Positions 20,997 through 30,470 of a DNA stretch of 35,329 bases are shown here, piece after piece; position 1 is the first letter of the stretch; each line of letters begins with the position of its first letter. The notes beneath the pieces were generated by a model. It worked only from the letters and a program-made list of their open reading frames with translations. It made no database searches and was not told where the DNA came from. A program made the position numbers and the translations under genes. Origin of the DNA: a virus (taxonomy: Duplodnaviria; Caudoviricetes); the IMG/VR virus record IMGVR_UViG_3300033076_000850, positions 1 to 35,329 of that record. One strand, 5' to 3'.

Positions 20997-23411
20997 ATGG
21001 CGAAGAAGCCGACAAAGAAGCGCAAGGCTGGTGGTGGTGGCGTCCTCGGTGCCCCAGAGATTGCCCCAGAGTATGACGTATTCATCGGCGCGGATGGCGA
21101 GATGCCAGAGCAGGCTGACGCCTCGCAGGCCATCGAGATCCAGCTTGAAGACGGATCCGTTGAGATCGACCTCGACCCGCAGCCCGAGCCAGACAAAGAC
21201 AGCAAGTTCGGCGACAACCTCGCGGAGAAGCTTAGCTCCGATATCTTGGGCAACATCGCCATGACGTTGCTTGATGCTATCGAGGAGGACATCGCAGACC
21301 GCGCTGAATGGCTTCAACAACGCGCCGATGGCCTTGAGCTTCTGGGTCTCAAGATTGAGAAGTCTGGTGGCTCTGTCGGCTCCGCTGGCGCCGCCGTGAC
21401 GGGCCAGATCATGGTCCGCGACCCTATCCTGTCCGAGGCAATCGACCGCTTCCAGGCTAACGCCTACGCCGAGCTGTGCCCGAGCAACGGCCCCGTGAAG
21501 GCCGTCAACTATGGCCCGCAGACCGACGAATACGACAAGCTGGCGAAGGACTTCGCGAAGGACTTCAACTTCTATCTGGCGTCGGGTGCGCAAGGCACCG
21601 CGACCGAATACTACCCTGACACCCGGCAGATGCTGTGGTGGGTAGGCTACGCGAGCGGCATGTTCAAGAAGGTGTATCGCTGCCCTATTCGAAACCGGCC
21701 GGTCAGCGAGAGCGTCGACGGCGAATACCTGATCATTCCGTCTAACGTGTCAGATCTCAACAACGCGGGGCGCATCACGCACGAGATCCGCATGCGGCAG
21801 TCGATCATGAAGCGCATGCAGATCGAGGGCGCCTACCGCGACGTGCCTCTGGTGACGCCAAACTACACCCCGAATGTGCTGGAGGTGGCCAAGGATGACG
21901 TTGCGGGGCTCGGCCACACGCAAGGACGAGATGAAGACGAGGACTACACGATCTACGAGGTCTACTGCGAACTCAACATCCCGGGCTTCGAGCACAAGGA
22001 CAAGAAAGGCAAGCCTACTGGACTGCCTCTGCCCTACCGGGTAGCAATCGAGAAAGACAGCCGCGTCGTCCTAGAGGTTCGCCGAAACTGGGACGAGAAG
22101 GACGAAAGTCAGAAAGCCAAGATCCCCTTTATTCTGTTCCCATACGCGACAGGCTTGTCCATCTACGGCACAGGTCTACTGCATCGTCTCGGCAATCCTG
22201 CCATCGCGCTGACGGCCATGGAGCGCGAACTGATCGACGCGGGGATGTTCGCCTCGTTTCCTGGCTTCCTTTACGCGAAGCCTGCGGGCCGTCAGTTGCA
22301 AAGCGACTTCCGTGTGCCTCCAGGCGGCGGCGCCCCCATCGATGTGTCGGTCACCAACAACGACATCTCGAAGGCGGTCATGGCGCTGCCCTACAAGGAT
22401 CCGAGCCCGGCGCTGGTCAACATGCGCCAGCAGATTCGAGAGGAGGCCTTCAGGTACGGCAACATGGCCGACATGCCTGTTGGCGAGGGCAAGCAGGACG
22501 CTCCTGTCGGCACGACGCTCGCCATGATCGAGCAGGGCACGAAGGTCATCGGCGGCATCTTGAAGGATCTTCACAACGCGCAGAAGCGCGAATTGAACAT
22601 GCTCAAAGAGTTGTTTAGGGAGGATCCCGAAGCCTTATGGCGCGGCAACGAGCGCGCCGCGCTGGGCCCCGACGCGCAGCAGAGAATGGAGCGCTGGAAG
22701 AAGGCTCTTGAGTGCTGCGAGATCATTCCGGCGTCCGACCCCAACGTGCCATCCGACATGCATCGCGCCGCAAAAGCGCAGATGCTCAAGCAGTTGACCA
22801 TGGGCAATCCCATGTACAATCAGATCGCAGTGGATCGGCGCATTTGCGAGATGTTCAACATCGACGACTTTGATGCACTGCTGAACACGAACGCCCCGCA
22901 GCCAGACCCGATGATGATTGCGCAAGTGCAGATGAAGGCGCAGGAGTTGCAGCTTAAGCAACAGAAGATGATGCTGGATGCGCAGAACCAGCAGCGTCAA
23001 GTCGAGAGCCGCGAGCAAATCGAGGCCATGAAGATTGCGGCGAAGGGCAGCGAGCAAAAGGATCCGTTCCGCAGCCACGAACTTCAACTCAAGAACCGCG
23101 CACTGAGCTTGCAGGAAGCCAAGATGGTCAGCGACAGCCACAACGCGCACGCCGACCGGCAGAGCCGAGAAGCTATCGAAGCCATGAAGGTAGCCTCTAC
23201 AGTCGGCGTCCATCCGGAGGCCAACGAAGTGGTCGACGAGCAGTTGACGCAGATGCGCGATTTTCTCAACACCGGCCGCACCGCCGCGGGGCCATCCATG
23301 GCGGCCGGCGGCCCAGTAAATGGGGAAATCTTGCCGCCGTCTGACGACGATGTCGATCTGGCTGTCGCTATTACGCAGTTCCTGCGTGACTACAGCCCAC
23401 GGCGTCGGTAA
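20997..23411 (+). CDS. Portal protein
   Basis: 804 aa after terL; GLELLG, P.LSEA..RFQA.AY.EL.P..GPVK, FKKVY, VLEVRRNW, LIDAG..PG, Gln-rich coiled-coil tail. Confidence 0.88.
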   Translation: MAKKPTKKRKAGGGGVLGAPEIAPEYDVFIGADGEMPEQADASQAIEIQLEDGSVEIDLDPQPEPDKDSKFGDNLAEKLSSDILGNIAMTLLDAIEEDIADRAEWLQQRADGLELLGLKIEKSGGSVGSAGAAVTGQIMVRDPILSEAIDRFQANAYAELCPSNGPVKAVNYGPQTDEYDKLAKDFAKDFNFYLASGAQGTATEYYPDTRQMLWWVGYASGMFKKVYRCPIRNRPVSESVDGEYLIIPSNVSDLNNAGRITHEIRMRQSIMKRMQIEGAYRDVPLVTPNYTPNVLEVAKDDVAGLGHTQGRDEDEDYTIYEVYCELNIPGFEHKDKKGKPTGLPLPYRVAIEKDSRVVLEVRRNWDEKDESQKAKIPFILFPYATGLSIYGTGLLHRLGNPAIALTAMERELIDAGMFASFPGFLYAKPAGRQLQSDFRVPPGGGAPIDVSVTNNDISKAVMALPYKDPSPALVNMRQQIREEAFRYGNMADMPVGEGKQDAPVGTTLAMIEQGTKVIGGILKDLHNAQKRELNMLKELFREDPEALWRGNERAALGPDAQQRMERWKKALECCEIIPASDPNVPSDMHRAAKAQMLKQLTMGNPMYNQIAVDRRICEMFNIDDFDALLNTNAPQPDPMMIAQVQMKAQELQLKQQKMMLDAQNQQRQVESREQIEAMKIAAKGSEQKDPFRSHELQLKNRALSLQEAKMVSDSHNAHADRQSREAIEAMKVASTVGVHPEANEVVDEQLTQMRDFLNTGRTAAGPSMAAGGPVNGEILPPSDDDVDLAVAITQFLRDYSPRRR

Positions 23412-23466
23412 TAAATTCAGACGGTGTTGCGTCGACAGAAAATGCGAAGACGAAGGACACCATGAC

Positions 23467-24069
23467 ATGAAGCATCTGCGAGAGACGTCGAAATCTGGGA
23501 TGGCGGCTAAACTGTCCCGCATGCGTGGCGCCGCCGGAAGCGCGCACAAGTCTGGCGGAGCCGTTAAGTGCTACGCCACGGGTGGCGCAGTCAGCGACGC
23601 AGATGACGGCGGCAGCCCAATCGACGGCGTCGGCACCAAGGGCAACATGTCGAAGCCCGGCCGCATGAAGGGCGGCAAGGGTGACAAGAAGAGCAAGGGC
23701 ACCAACGTCAACGTCATCATCATGAGCAAGGATGCGGCTCCTGGCGCCGCCGCCGCGCCGCCTCCTGGGCCGCCGCCCGCGATGCCGCCGCGGCCGCCCA
23801 TGGCGCCTCCGCCACCTCCTGGCGCAGGCCCGGGCCCAGGCGGCCCGCCACCCCCAATGCGCGCCAACGGCGGCCGCGTGCATGACGACGCCAAGCAGGA
23901 CAAGAAGATGATTGCTGGCATGATCCACAAACACGAAAAGAACCAGCACTCCGGCAAGCTGACCAAGTTCAAGCGCGGCGGCGGCATTCTCAAAGACGGC
24001 GCGGGTGGCGGCCTCGGGCGTCTCGCCAAGATGCGGGCCTACGGGTCGAAGCCCGGCAAGTCGAGCTAA
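23467..24069 (+). CDS. Gly/Pro/Lys-rich low-complexity protein with repeated xxxGGx[VI] motifs
   Basis: Within the 23320..24069 ORF; AAGGA SD; poly-Pro tract. Confidence 0.75.
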   Translation: MKHLRETSKSGMAAKLSRMRGAAGSAHKSGGAVKCYATGGAVSDADDGGSPIDGVGTKGNMSKPGRMKGGKGDKKSKGTNVNVIIMSKDAAPGAAAAPPPGPPPAMPPRPPMAPPPPPGAGPGPGGPPPPMRANGGRVHDDAKQDKKMIAGMIHKHEKNQHSGKLTKFKRGGGILKDGAGGGLGRLAKMRAYGSKPGKSS

Positions 24070-24072
24070 CGC

Positions 24073-24303
24073 ATGGCCAAGAAGGACAACCTTGCTGAAG
24101 TGATCCCCGTGATCGAAGAGGCGCCGCAGGCGATGTCGGCGGAAAAACAGATCCTGTGTTGCGATTGCAAGTTCTGGCGCCGTCGTCAGGCGGCCCCAGG
24201 CAGCAAAGCAAACATCGGCGAATGTGATTTCAGCCGGACGTTCATGCCGTCGCCGCTCATGACGCTGGATCTTTCAACGTGCAGTCAGGCGCGCGAAGCA
24301 TGA
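24073..24303 (+). CDS. Small Cys-containing protein
   Basis: CCDCKFW..GEC..C. Confidence 0.7.
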   Translation: MAKKDNLAEVIPVIEEAPQAMSAEKQILCCDCKFWRRRQAAPGSKANIGECDFSRTFMPSPLMTLDLSTCSQAREA

Positions 24304-24521
24304 ACTCATACGAAAGCGCGGTGGGCCAGTTGCTGGCCCGCCGCATCGAGGAGTTGATTGGCGAAAAAACTAGGGTGCTGATCGACGGCGGCCGCATCAC
24401 CGCAAACGATCCACAGGCGACGGCATCTGCATATATGTCTGAGGTTTCTTATATTCGGGCCCTTCGCGACGTCATGCAAATATGCCAAGACGTCGAACGT
24501 GATTTGCGCAAATCAGGCTGA
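24300..24521 (+). CDS. Hypothetical helical protein preceding the GroES-like gene
   Basis: ATGA overlap with the upstream stop. Confidence 0.7.
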   Translation: MNSYESAVGQLLARRIEELIGEKTRVLIDGGRITANDPQATASAYMSEVSYIRALRDVMQICQDVERDLRKSG

Positions 24522-24559
24522 TTGGTTCCGCGTTCGCCGAACGAGAGGAGAACGCACGC

Positions 24560-25024
24560 ATGGCGCGCGCTACTATCTTTAAGCTTGCTGAGCTTGACGG
24601 CCCCGAAAAGCAGAAGCAGCAGATTTTCAAAGACCTCGGCAACATGAAGGACTTTGAGCTGCTTGACGACGACATTCTCGTCGCCACCTACGTTGACTCG
24701 GAAGTCGCTGCCTCGGGCAAGGATGCGACGGGCAAGAATTTCGTGATCTACAAGCCGCAGTCCTCCACGCAGGAAGCGCGCTGGCAGGGCAAGGCGGCCT
24801 TGGTTGTGGCGATGGGGCCAACCGCCTTCAAGTTCCACAACAACGGGCAGCCCTACGAGGGCAAGTCGGTGAAGGTTGGCGACTGGGTCGTCATTCACCC
24901 ATCCGATGGCCGCGAAATCTTTCTCAAAGACCCCAAAGCCAACACGAACGAATACGTCGCGTGCCGACGTCTGCATTGGTCGAGCATTCTGATGCGCGTT
25001 GACGACCCTCGTCGTGTGTATTGA
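24560..25024 (+). CDS. groES: GroES/Cpn10-like co-chaperonin
   Basis: DILV..VVAMGPTAF..VKVGDWVV..G..IL.RVDDP; GAGGAG SD; located in the head module. Confidence 0.75.
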   Translation: MARATIFKLAELDGPEKQKQQIFKDLGNMKDFELLDDDILVATYVDSEVAASGKDATGKNFVIYKPQSSTQEARWQGKAALVVAMGPTAFKFHNNGQPYEGKSVKVGDWVVIHPSDGREIFLKDPKANTNEYVACRRLHWSSILMRVDDPRRVY

Positions 25025-25094
25025 TAGGCGCACCACAAACCGTCTTGACGAGATCAAGGAATGGCTGCGCAAACTTCGGACCTAAAGGTGACCC

Positions 25095-26216
25095 ATGGAC
25101 AAAATGACCGGCGATGAAGAGCTGCTGGTGGACATTGATCTGGATCTTCCTGCCAACGTGGCAGCAGCATCCGGATGGTTGGCCCCAGAGGACGAAGAGA
25201 AGCCAGACGCCAAGGCCGCCAAAGGCGACGCAGTCGCAGATCCGGAGCCTTCAAAAGAACTGGAAGACGCGCGTCGTGCCGCGCAAGAGGCACAGGCCCG
25301 GCTGGATGCGATCCAGAAGCAGGCGCAGGTTGATCGAGAGGAACGGCTGAGAGCGCAGGAAGAGGCGCAGAAGAACCAGACATACGCTCTGAACGCTCAC
25401 CTTGCTCGTATGGACGCCAATCTGGCACGCGTGCAGGCCGACCACGATCAGTTGCAGACGTCGCTTGGGGCGTGGAAAAGCCACGTCGATATGGCCAAGC
25501 GCCAGTTGCAGCAGGCGCAGGAGGTCGGCGACGCGAAAGCGCAGGCAGAGATGACGGCGCAGTTGGCCGAAGCTCATGCCATGATTTCGCAGTTAGAGGC
25601 GGGGCGCCTTGGCGCCGCGCGCGACATCGAGCAGGCCAAGCGCGACCGAGAGACGGCCATCCGCGCAGCGCAGGTCGCCGCGGAAAGAGCGCATGAAGAA
25701 AACAACAAGCGCGAGCAGGCAAAATCCCAGCCCGAGCCAGCGACGCCGGAAGACTTCGTGAAGACCGTGCGCGGCAAAATTGGCGACCACGCTGCTGAGT
25801 GGTTCGAAAAGCATCGTGAGTTCATCACGGATACGCGGCTGCACAAACGCATGCAGACCTTCGTCGAGGATTGGGTCGACCGAAATGGCGAGAACGCGAT
25901 CCGCACTACCAAATTCACCGAGGCGCTTGATGAGCGGTTCGGATTTGCGCAGCCAAAGAAGGCCCAGCCGGCTTCCGAGCCTGCCGCCGACGAGGAGGTC
26001 GACATGGAAGACGAGAAGCCTGCGCGGGCGCCCGCGGCGCCTGTGTCGCGAGGGAATTCGGTCGGGAAGGCGCCCGGCACCAGCGGCTCCAAGGTGCGCC
26101 TGAGTTCAGACGAGGCAGCCACCGCCAGCCTCATGTACCCTGACCTCTCTCCTGCCGACGCCCGCAAGAAGTACGCCACCAACAAGGCCCGGCTTATTGC
26201 CGATGGCCGTCTCTGA
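25095..26216 (+). CDS. Coiled-coil protein, putative head scaffold
   Basis: Ala/Gln/Glu-rich heptads; C-terminal PAAPVSR..VRLS..E...A..YA. Confidence 0.65.
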   Translation: MDKMTGDEELLVDIDLDLPANVAAASGWLAPEDEEKPDAKAAKGDAVADPEPSKELEDARRAAQEAQARLDAIQKQAQVDREERLRAQEEAQKNQTYALNAHLARMDANLARVQADHDQLQTSLGAWKSHVDMAKRQLQQAQEVGDAKAQAEMTAQLAEAHAMISQLEAGRLGAARDIEQAKRDRETAIRAAQVAAERAHEENNKREQAKSQPEPATPEDFVKTVRGKIGDHAAEWFEKHREFITDTRLHKRMQTFVEDWVDRNGENAIRTTKFTEALDERFGFAQPKKAQPASEPAADEEVDMEDEKPARAPAAPVSRGNSVGKAPGTSGSKVRLSSDEAATASLMYPDLSPADARKKYATNKARLIADGRL

Positions 26217-26251
26217 GATCAGTGCGCGTTTCACCATAGGAGAACCGCCAG

Positions 26252-26893
26252 ATGGCTCGTTCGCCCACTAAGCCTGCTGCCGCCGCCGCCCCCGTCGCTG
26301 CTCGTGCGGCCCCCGAAACCAATCCTAACGTGCCGCGCGACGGTCGTGCCGTCGTAGTTGGCCGCGATGGGAAGCCCATCTACCGCGGCGTCGCGCCAGG
26401 GCAGTCCGTCTCGGGTCACGACATGTACGATATTGCGGCTCAGTATCAGCCACCGGGCTGGGTTTACGAATGGAAGCGCTACTCGACGCTCAATCAGCCG
26501 GATCACACCTACCAAGCGCAGATCCAGCGCCTGGGCGGCTGGACCCCCGTCCAGAATGAGCGCCACCCGGGCGTTTGGCTTCCCGAAGATCACAAGGGGT
26601 CGATCATCATCGACGGCCTGATCCTCATGGAGCGTCCCATTGAACTGCATCGTGAAGCTGTCCGCGATTTGAAGGCGCAGGCAGACGAGAAGGTTCGGCG
26701 CTCGAAGGTAGAACGCGGTTTGCAGCCTGCGACGGCGGGCATCGACACGAATACGGCGGCCGCGCGCAACGCTTCCTTTGTGCGCGAGGGCCGTCTTCTC
26801 GATGGCAACGTCGGTCGCGATGGCCTCACCGACGCAGACGCAATTGCGGAAGCGAGGCCGACCTATAATTATGATCGATCCAGTGTTGACTAA
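26252..26893 (+). CDS. Conserved-type head-module protein
   Basis: PPGWVYEWKR..GWTPV..GLILMERP; AGGAG SD. Confidence 0.75.
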   Translation: MARSPTKPAAAAAPVAARAAPETNPNVPRDGRAVVVGRDGKPIYRGVAPGQSVSGHDMYDIAAQYQPPGWVYEWKRYSTLNQPDHTYQAQIQRLGGWTPVQNERHPGVWLPEDHKGSIIIDGLILMERPIELHREAVRDLKAQADEKVRRSKVERGLQPATAGIDTNTAAARNASFVREGRLLDGNVGRDGLTDADAIAEARPTYNYDRSSVD

Positions 26894-26926
26894 CGACCTG
26901 TGTGACGCGTGCAGGGACCGACGACT

Positions 26927-26956
26927 AGGGCGCCAGACGGCGCCCTTTTCGTTTTT
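26927..26956 (+). terminator. Rho-independent terminator
   Basis: AGGGCGCC AGAC GGCGCCCT then TTTCGTTTTT. Confidence 0.8.
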
Positions 26957-27000
26957 GGGACACACAAAACGCGGCCGCCGAAATAATTTTGAAATTGCTG

Positions 27001-27033
27001 TTGACGCGAATTTAGAAAGCCGTCATCGAATTG
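27001..27033 (+). promoter_or_regulatory. TTGACG-N14-CGTCA-N3-AATTG element (candidate late promoter), copy 2
   Basis: Follows a terminator and an AT-rich tract; upstream of the capsid operon. Confidence 0.55.
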
Positions 27034-27039
27034 GTCATC

Positions 27040-27300
27040 AGAGTTTCGGTGTACTCGGAAGAAGCGACGACGAAAGTCATCGCGAGGGTGTCAAAATCGC
27101 CCCGAGAATGTTTCCGCCTACCGGCCGCGCCGGTTGAGTAATGGTTGCTCCATGCAGCCTAAAAGGTGGGTCAGCCCAAGCGACACGTCATTGCTCTGTA
27201 TGCAGAGCCGTGTGTGCGCGATCCGTTTAACCACGGCGCTGACCACCCCTGCACATGCAGGCCTAAAGGTCTCGGCGCCGCACTGAGAAGGTGGCTTGGA
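27040..27300 (+). ncRNA. Candidate long structured leader or ncRNA before the capsid operon
   Basis: Many stems, including GCGACGAC-GAAA-GTCATCGC, GGTGGGTCAGC/GCTGACCACC and GCTCTG-TATG-CAGAGC. Confidence 0.45.
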
Positions 27301-27303
27301 CCG

Positions 27304-27951
27304 ATGCCAAACAACAACGCACCGTTCGGCTTTTCGCAGCAGCAAGGCGCTGTTGGCGCAGCTTCGAATTTCGAACTGATCAACATGCCTATCGCTTACA
27401 ACGATAGCACCAAGATCTACACGGGCGACCCCGTGAAGCGCCTCAACACCGGCTACATCGCGCAGTGGACTGCCGCGACCGCCGTCTCGCAGCTTGCTGG
27501 CATTTTCGTCGGGTGCGAATACCTCTCGTCCAGCCAGGGCAAAATGGTGCAGTCGCCGTATTGGCCCGGCGCCGACGTGGCGTCGTCTGCGCAGTCGACG
27601 ATCCGCGCAAAGATCATTCCGTGCAATCTTGCCATTCCCTCGAAGTTCCTGGTGCAGTCTGACGCGACGGGCATCGCCTTCGCCGACATTGGCCAGAACA
27701 TTGACGTGGCTCTGGGCACTGGCAGCACGCTGACGGGCCAGTCTGGGGCCTACCTCGACACGGGCACGCTTGGTACGGCGGCCACTCTGCCTTTCCGCAT
27801 TGTCGGTCTCTACGGCGGCGCGTGGGGCGCTGGCGGCAACGGCGGCGTGCAGCCGGGCACCACTGGGCCGTACAGCGGCTCTGCCACGGGTGCCTACAAC
27901 TGGGTCATCGTCCAGGCCAACGTCTCGGGTGCGGGTTCGACCGGCATCTAA
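27304..27951 (+). CDS. Virion structural protein preceding the major capsid (decoration-like)
   Basis: MPN.NAPFGF..IYTGDPV..GIFVGCEY..TGQSG..TLPFRIVG; AAGGTGG SD. Confidence 0.75.
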   Translation: MPNNNAPFGFSQQQGAVGAASNFELINMPIAYNDSTKIYTGDPVKRLNTGYIAQWTAATAVSQLAGIFVGCEYLSSSQGKMVQSPYWPGADVASSAQSTIRAKIIPCNLAIPSKFLVQSDATGIAFADIGQNIDVALGTGSTLTGQSGAYLDTGTLGTAATLPFRIVGLYGGAWGAGGNGGVQPGTTGPYSGSATGAYNWVIVQANVSGAGSTGI

Positions 27952-27999
27952 TTCCCGGCTGAGCCGGTCACCTCAACACGGAACAAGGACTAGGAAACC

Positions 28000-28911
28000 A
28001 TGGCTGTTAATACCGCACAAATCCGCTCGCTGCTCCTGCCGGGCCTCTACGACGTCAAGGGCGAATACGACCAGATCGACAAGACGTGGTCGAAGATCTT
28101 CAAGGTCCACAAGGCCACGCTGCGCGTCGAGTCTAAGGCTCAGATGCGCATCCTCGGCCTCGCTCAGTTGAAGTCTGAAGGCGGCGCCACCGCATTCGAC
28201 AACAACAGCGGCCAGCGCTTTATCTTTAACGCGCAGGCGTTTCAGGTTGGCCTCGGCTACTCGATCACGCGCGAGTCGCTCGACGACAATCAGTACGTCA
28301 AGGACTTCAACCTGATGAAGCTGCCGCTTGCGAACAGCTTCAATCAGTTCAAGGAAATCCAGGCTGCCAACGTCCTCAACAACGCCACGACCTACGATCC
28401 GCAGGTTGGCGGCGACGGCAAGGCGCTGGCCGCTACGGACCATCCTTACGATGGCGGCACGTGGGCGAACACCTTCACCACGCAGCTCGATCTCAACGAG
28501 TCGAGCCTGATCCAGGCGGCCCTCAACATCCGCGCTAACTTCGTGGATGAAGCTGGCCTCAAGATCATGGCTCGCGCCGAGAAGCTGATCGTGCCGGTGC
28601 AGTTGACTGCGGTGGCCGAGCGCCTCATCCGCAGCGAACTGCGTCCTGGGACGGCCAACAACGACGTCAACGCCATCATCTCGATGCCGGGCGGCGTGAA
28701 GGAATACATGGTGCACGACTATCTCTCGTCGCCCTACGCGTGGTTCCTCACCACGACCATTCCGGGCCTCGTCATGATGGAACGCGTGCCATTCGAAACG
28801 GACATGTGGGTCGATAACACCACCGACAACATCCTGATCAAGGGCTACGAGCGCTACATCCCGACCTACAACGATCCGCGTTGTATCTGGGCGAGCACGC
28901 CGTCCTCGTAA
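28000..28911 (+). CDS. Major capsid protein
   Basis: LLPGL..LGYSITRE..DDN.Y..KEI.AANVLNNA..GGDG.AL...DHP..KLIVP..L..NDVNAI..YL....AWFL. Confidence 0.9.
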   Translation: MAVNTAQIRSLLLPGLYDVKGEYDQIDKTWSKIFKVHKATLRVESKAQMRILGLAQLKSEGGATAFDNNSGQRFIFNAQAFQVGLGYSITRESLDDNQYVKDFNLMKLPLANSFNQFKEIQAANVLNNATTYDPQVGGDGKALAATDHPYDGGTWANTFTTQLDLNESSLIQAALNIRANFVDEAGLKIMARAEKLIVPVQLTAVAERLIRSELRPGTANNDVNAIISMPGGVKEYMVHDYLSSPYAWFLTTTIPGLVMMERVPFETDMWVDNTTDNILIKGYERYIPTYNDPRCIWASTPSS

Positions 28912-28927
28912 GCGACCTAATGCAACA

Positions 28928-28949
28928 GGCGGGCGCCAAGGCGCCCGCC
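28928..28949 (+). other. Perfect GC hairpin after the capsid gene
   Basis: GGCGGGCGCC AA GGCGCCCGCC; no U tract. Confidence 0.6.
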
Positions 28950-28980
28950 ACCTATGACACCATCAGGAGCGCACCGCGCC

Positions 28981-29931
28981 ATGACAGCGACAGCATTTTC
29001 CGGCCCGCTTGTGACGAACCTCAGCAACCCGATGGGTTCCACCGGGACAGGTTCAGCCAACCAAAATCCGGGCCCCGGCCCGTGCAATTGGGCGCACGGG
29101 GACGCGCTCCTTGATCCGCGCTACCCGTTCACTTACTACCAAGGTAACGACGTCAGCCAGAAGTTCTACGGCTGGTTTGGCGGCACGATGGTCAACGTCA
29201 TCAACGCTGTTCCATCTGCTCTGGCTGCAAACAACATCGCGGCCTCGCAGACGCCCGGCTCCGCCGCACTGACGCTGGTGTCGGCCTCGGGCGCAGGCAT
29301 CACGGTCGGCACGTCCATCACGCGCGCTGACACGGGCGCGACGGTGACGGGGCTTCTGGCCATCGACACGGCGATGGCCGGCGTCGGCTTCGGTCAGGAC
29401 GCGACCGTCAACGTGTGGGATCCGACGAAGGCGATTGCCCGCAACGTGCGCATCACCTCGGGCGGCAACGACACAGGCATCACGTTCCTTGTGGTCGGCT
29501 ACGATCTCTACGGCTACCCGATGTCGGAGGCAATTACCGGCGCCAACGCTGGCGTCGCTTCGGGCGTGAAGGCCTTCAAGTACATCGCCTCGATCACACC
29601 ATCGGGCGCTGTTGCTACGACGGCCTCCGCGGGCACAGGTGACGTCATCGGTCTGCCACTGCGCGCCGACGTCGTCGGGCAGTTGCTGATCAACTACAAC
29701 GACACGCTGATCACGGCCTCCACTGGCTTCACGGCTGCGGTCACCACGACGGCGACCACGACGACTGGCGACGTCCGAGGCACCTACGCGCTGCAGACGG
29801 CCTCCAACGGCACGCGGCGTCTTGTCATGTACATGTCGCCGTCAGTGGCGGCCGTCGCTGGGGCCAACACGAACCTCGTGACGGGTCTCGTTGGCGTTAA
29901 GCAGAACCTTGCGACCGACAACGGAGCCTGA
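28981..29931 (+). CDS. Thr/Gly/Ala-rich virion structural protein
   Basis: MTATAFSGP start; CAGGAG SD; beta-rich composition; follows the capsid gene. Confidence 0.75.
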   Translation: MTATAFSGPLVTNLSNPMGSTGTGSANQNPGPGPCNWAHGDALLDPRYPFTYYQGNDVSQKFYGWFGGTMVNVINAVPSALAANNIAASQTPGSAALTLVSASGAGITVGTSITRADTGATVTGLLAIDTAMAGVGFGQDATVNVWDPTKAIARNVRITSGGNDTGITFLVVGYDLYGYPMSEAITGANAGVASGVKAFKYIASITPSGAVATTASAGTGDVIGLPLRADVVGQLLINYNDTLITASTGFTAAVTTTATTTTGDVRGTYALQTASNGTRRLVMYMSPSVAAVAGANTNLVTGLVGVKQNLATDNGA

Positions 29932-29933
29932 TC

Positions 29934-30470
29934 GTGAAGAAGAGCTTCTTGAAGACCAAGACCGTGCACGGCCTGAAGACGGGCAACCATTCCAACCCGA
30001 ATGTGTTGCGCGCGGCTCGGGCTTCCGGCGGCTCCTGCATGGTGGAGGGCGGCTCGTCTCGCCCTCCGATGTCAAAGCCGCGCATGATGCGTGCGGATGG
30101 CGGCGGCGTGCAGATTTCCGAGCGCAGCAAAGAAGACATCAAGCGTCTTGAGAGCGAGAACGCGCCCCGCGCTGCTCGCACGGCTGGCGCCTTGGCCGCC
30201 GGAACGACGTTGGGTGTGATGGCTGCCAAAGGTCTGGCGAAGCTTGGAGGCGGCAAAGCGCGCCTTGCAGACAAGGCAACTTTTGGCGGGCTTGGCATGG
30301 TCGGCGGCGCAAACGCCGACAGAGAAACAAGCGACAAGCTTGTCAGCACCGACAAAGAGATTGATCGTTTGAAACGCGGTATGGCTGAGCCCGGCAAAGA
30401 AGACCGCAAGAACGGTGGCGGTATCTTTCCGCGCTTCAAGCCAAAGAGCAAAGACAAGGATGATTGCTGA
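29934..30470 (+). CDS. Basic Gly-rich protein with xxxGG motifs
   Basis: GGAG SD, GTG start; tiles between structural genes. Confidence 0.65.
   Translation: MKKSFLKTKTVHGLKTGNHSNPNVLRAARASGGSCMVEGGSSRPPMSKPRMMRADGGGVQISERSKEDIKRLESENAPRAARTAGALAAGTTLGVMAAKGLAKLGGGKARLADKATFGGLGMVGGANADRETSDKLVSTDKEIDRLKRGMAEPGKEDRKNGGGIFPRFKPKSKDKDDC

Noticed and set aside
23740-23860. CCG/CCT-rich tandem repeat as a DNA repeat element
   Set aside because: Explained by the poly-proline coding tract.
27060-27270. c-di-GMP-I riboswitch in the capsid leader
   Set aside because: A GAAA stem and GCCTAA are present but not in the required order and spacing, and the GGCAAA/GCAAA junction is missing.
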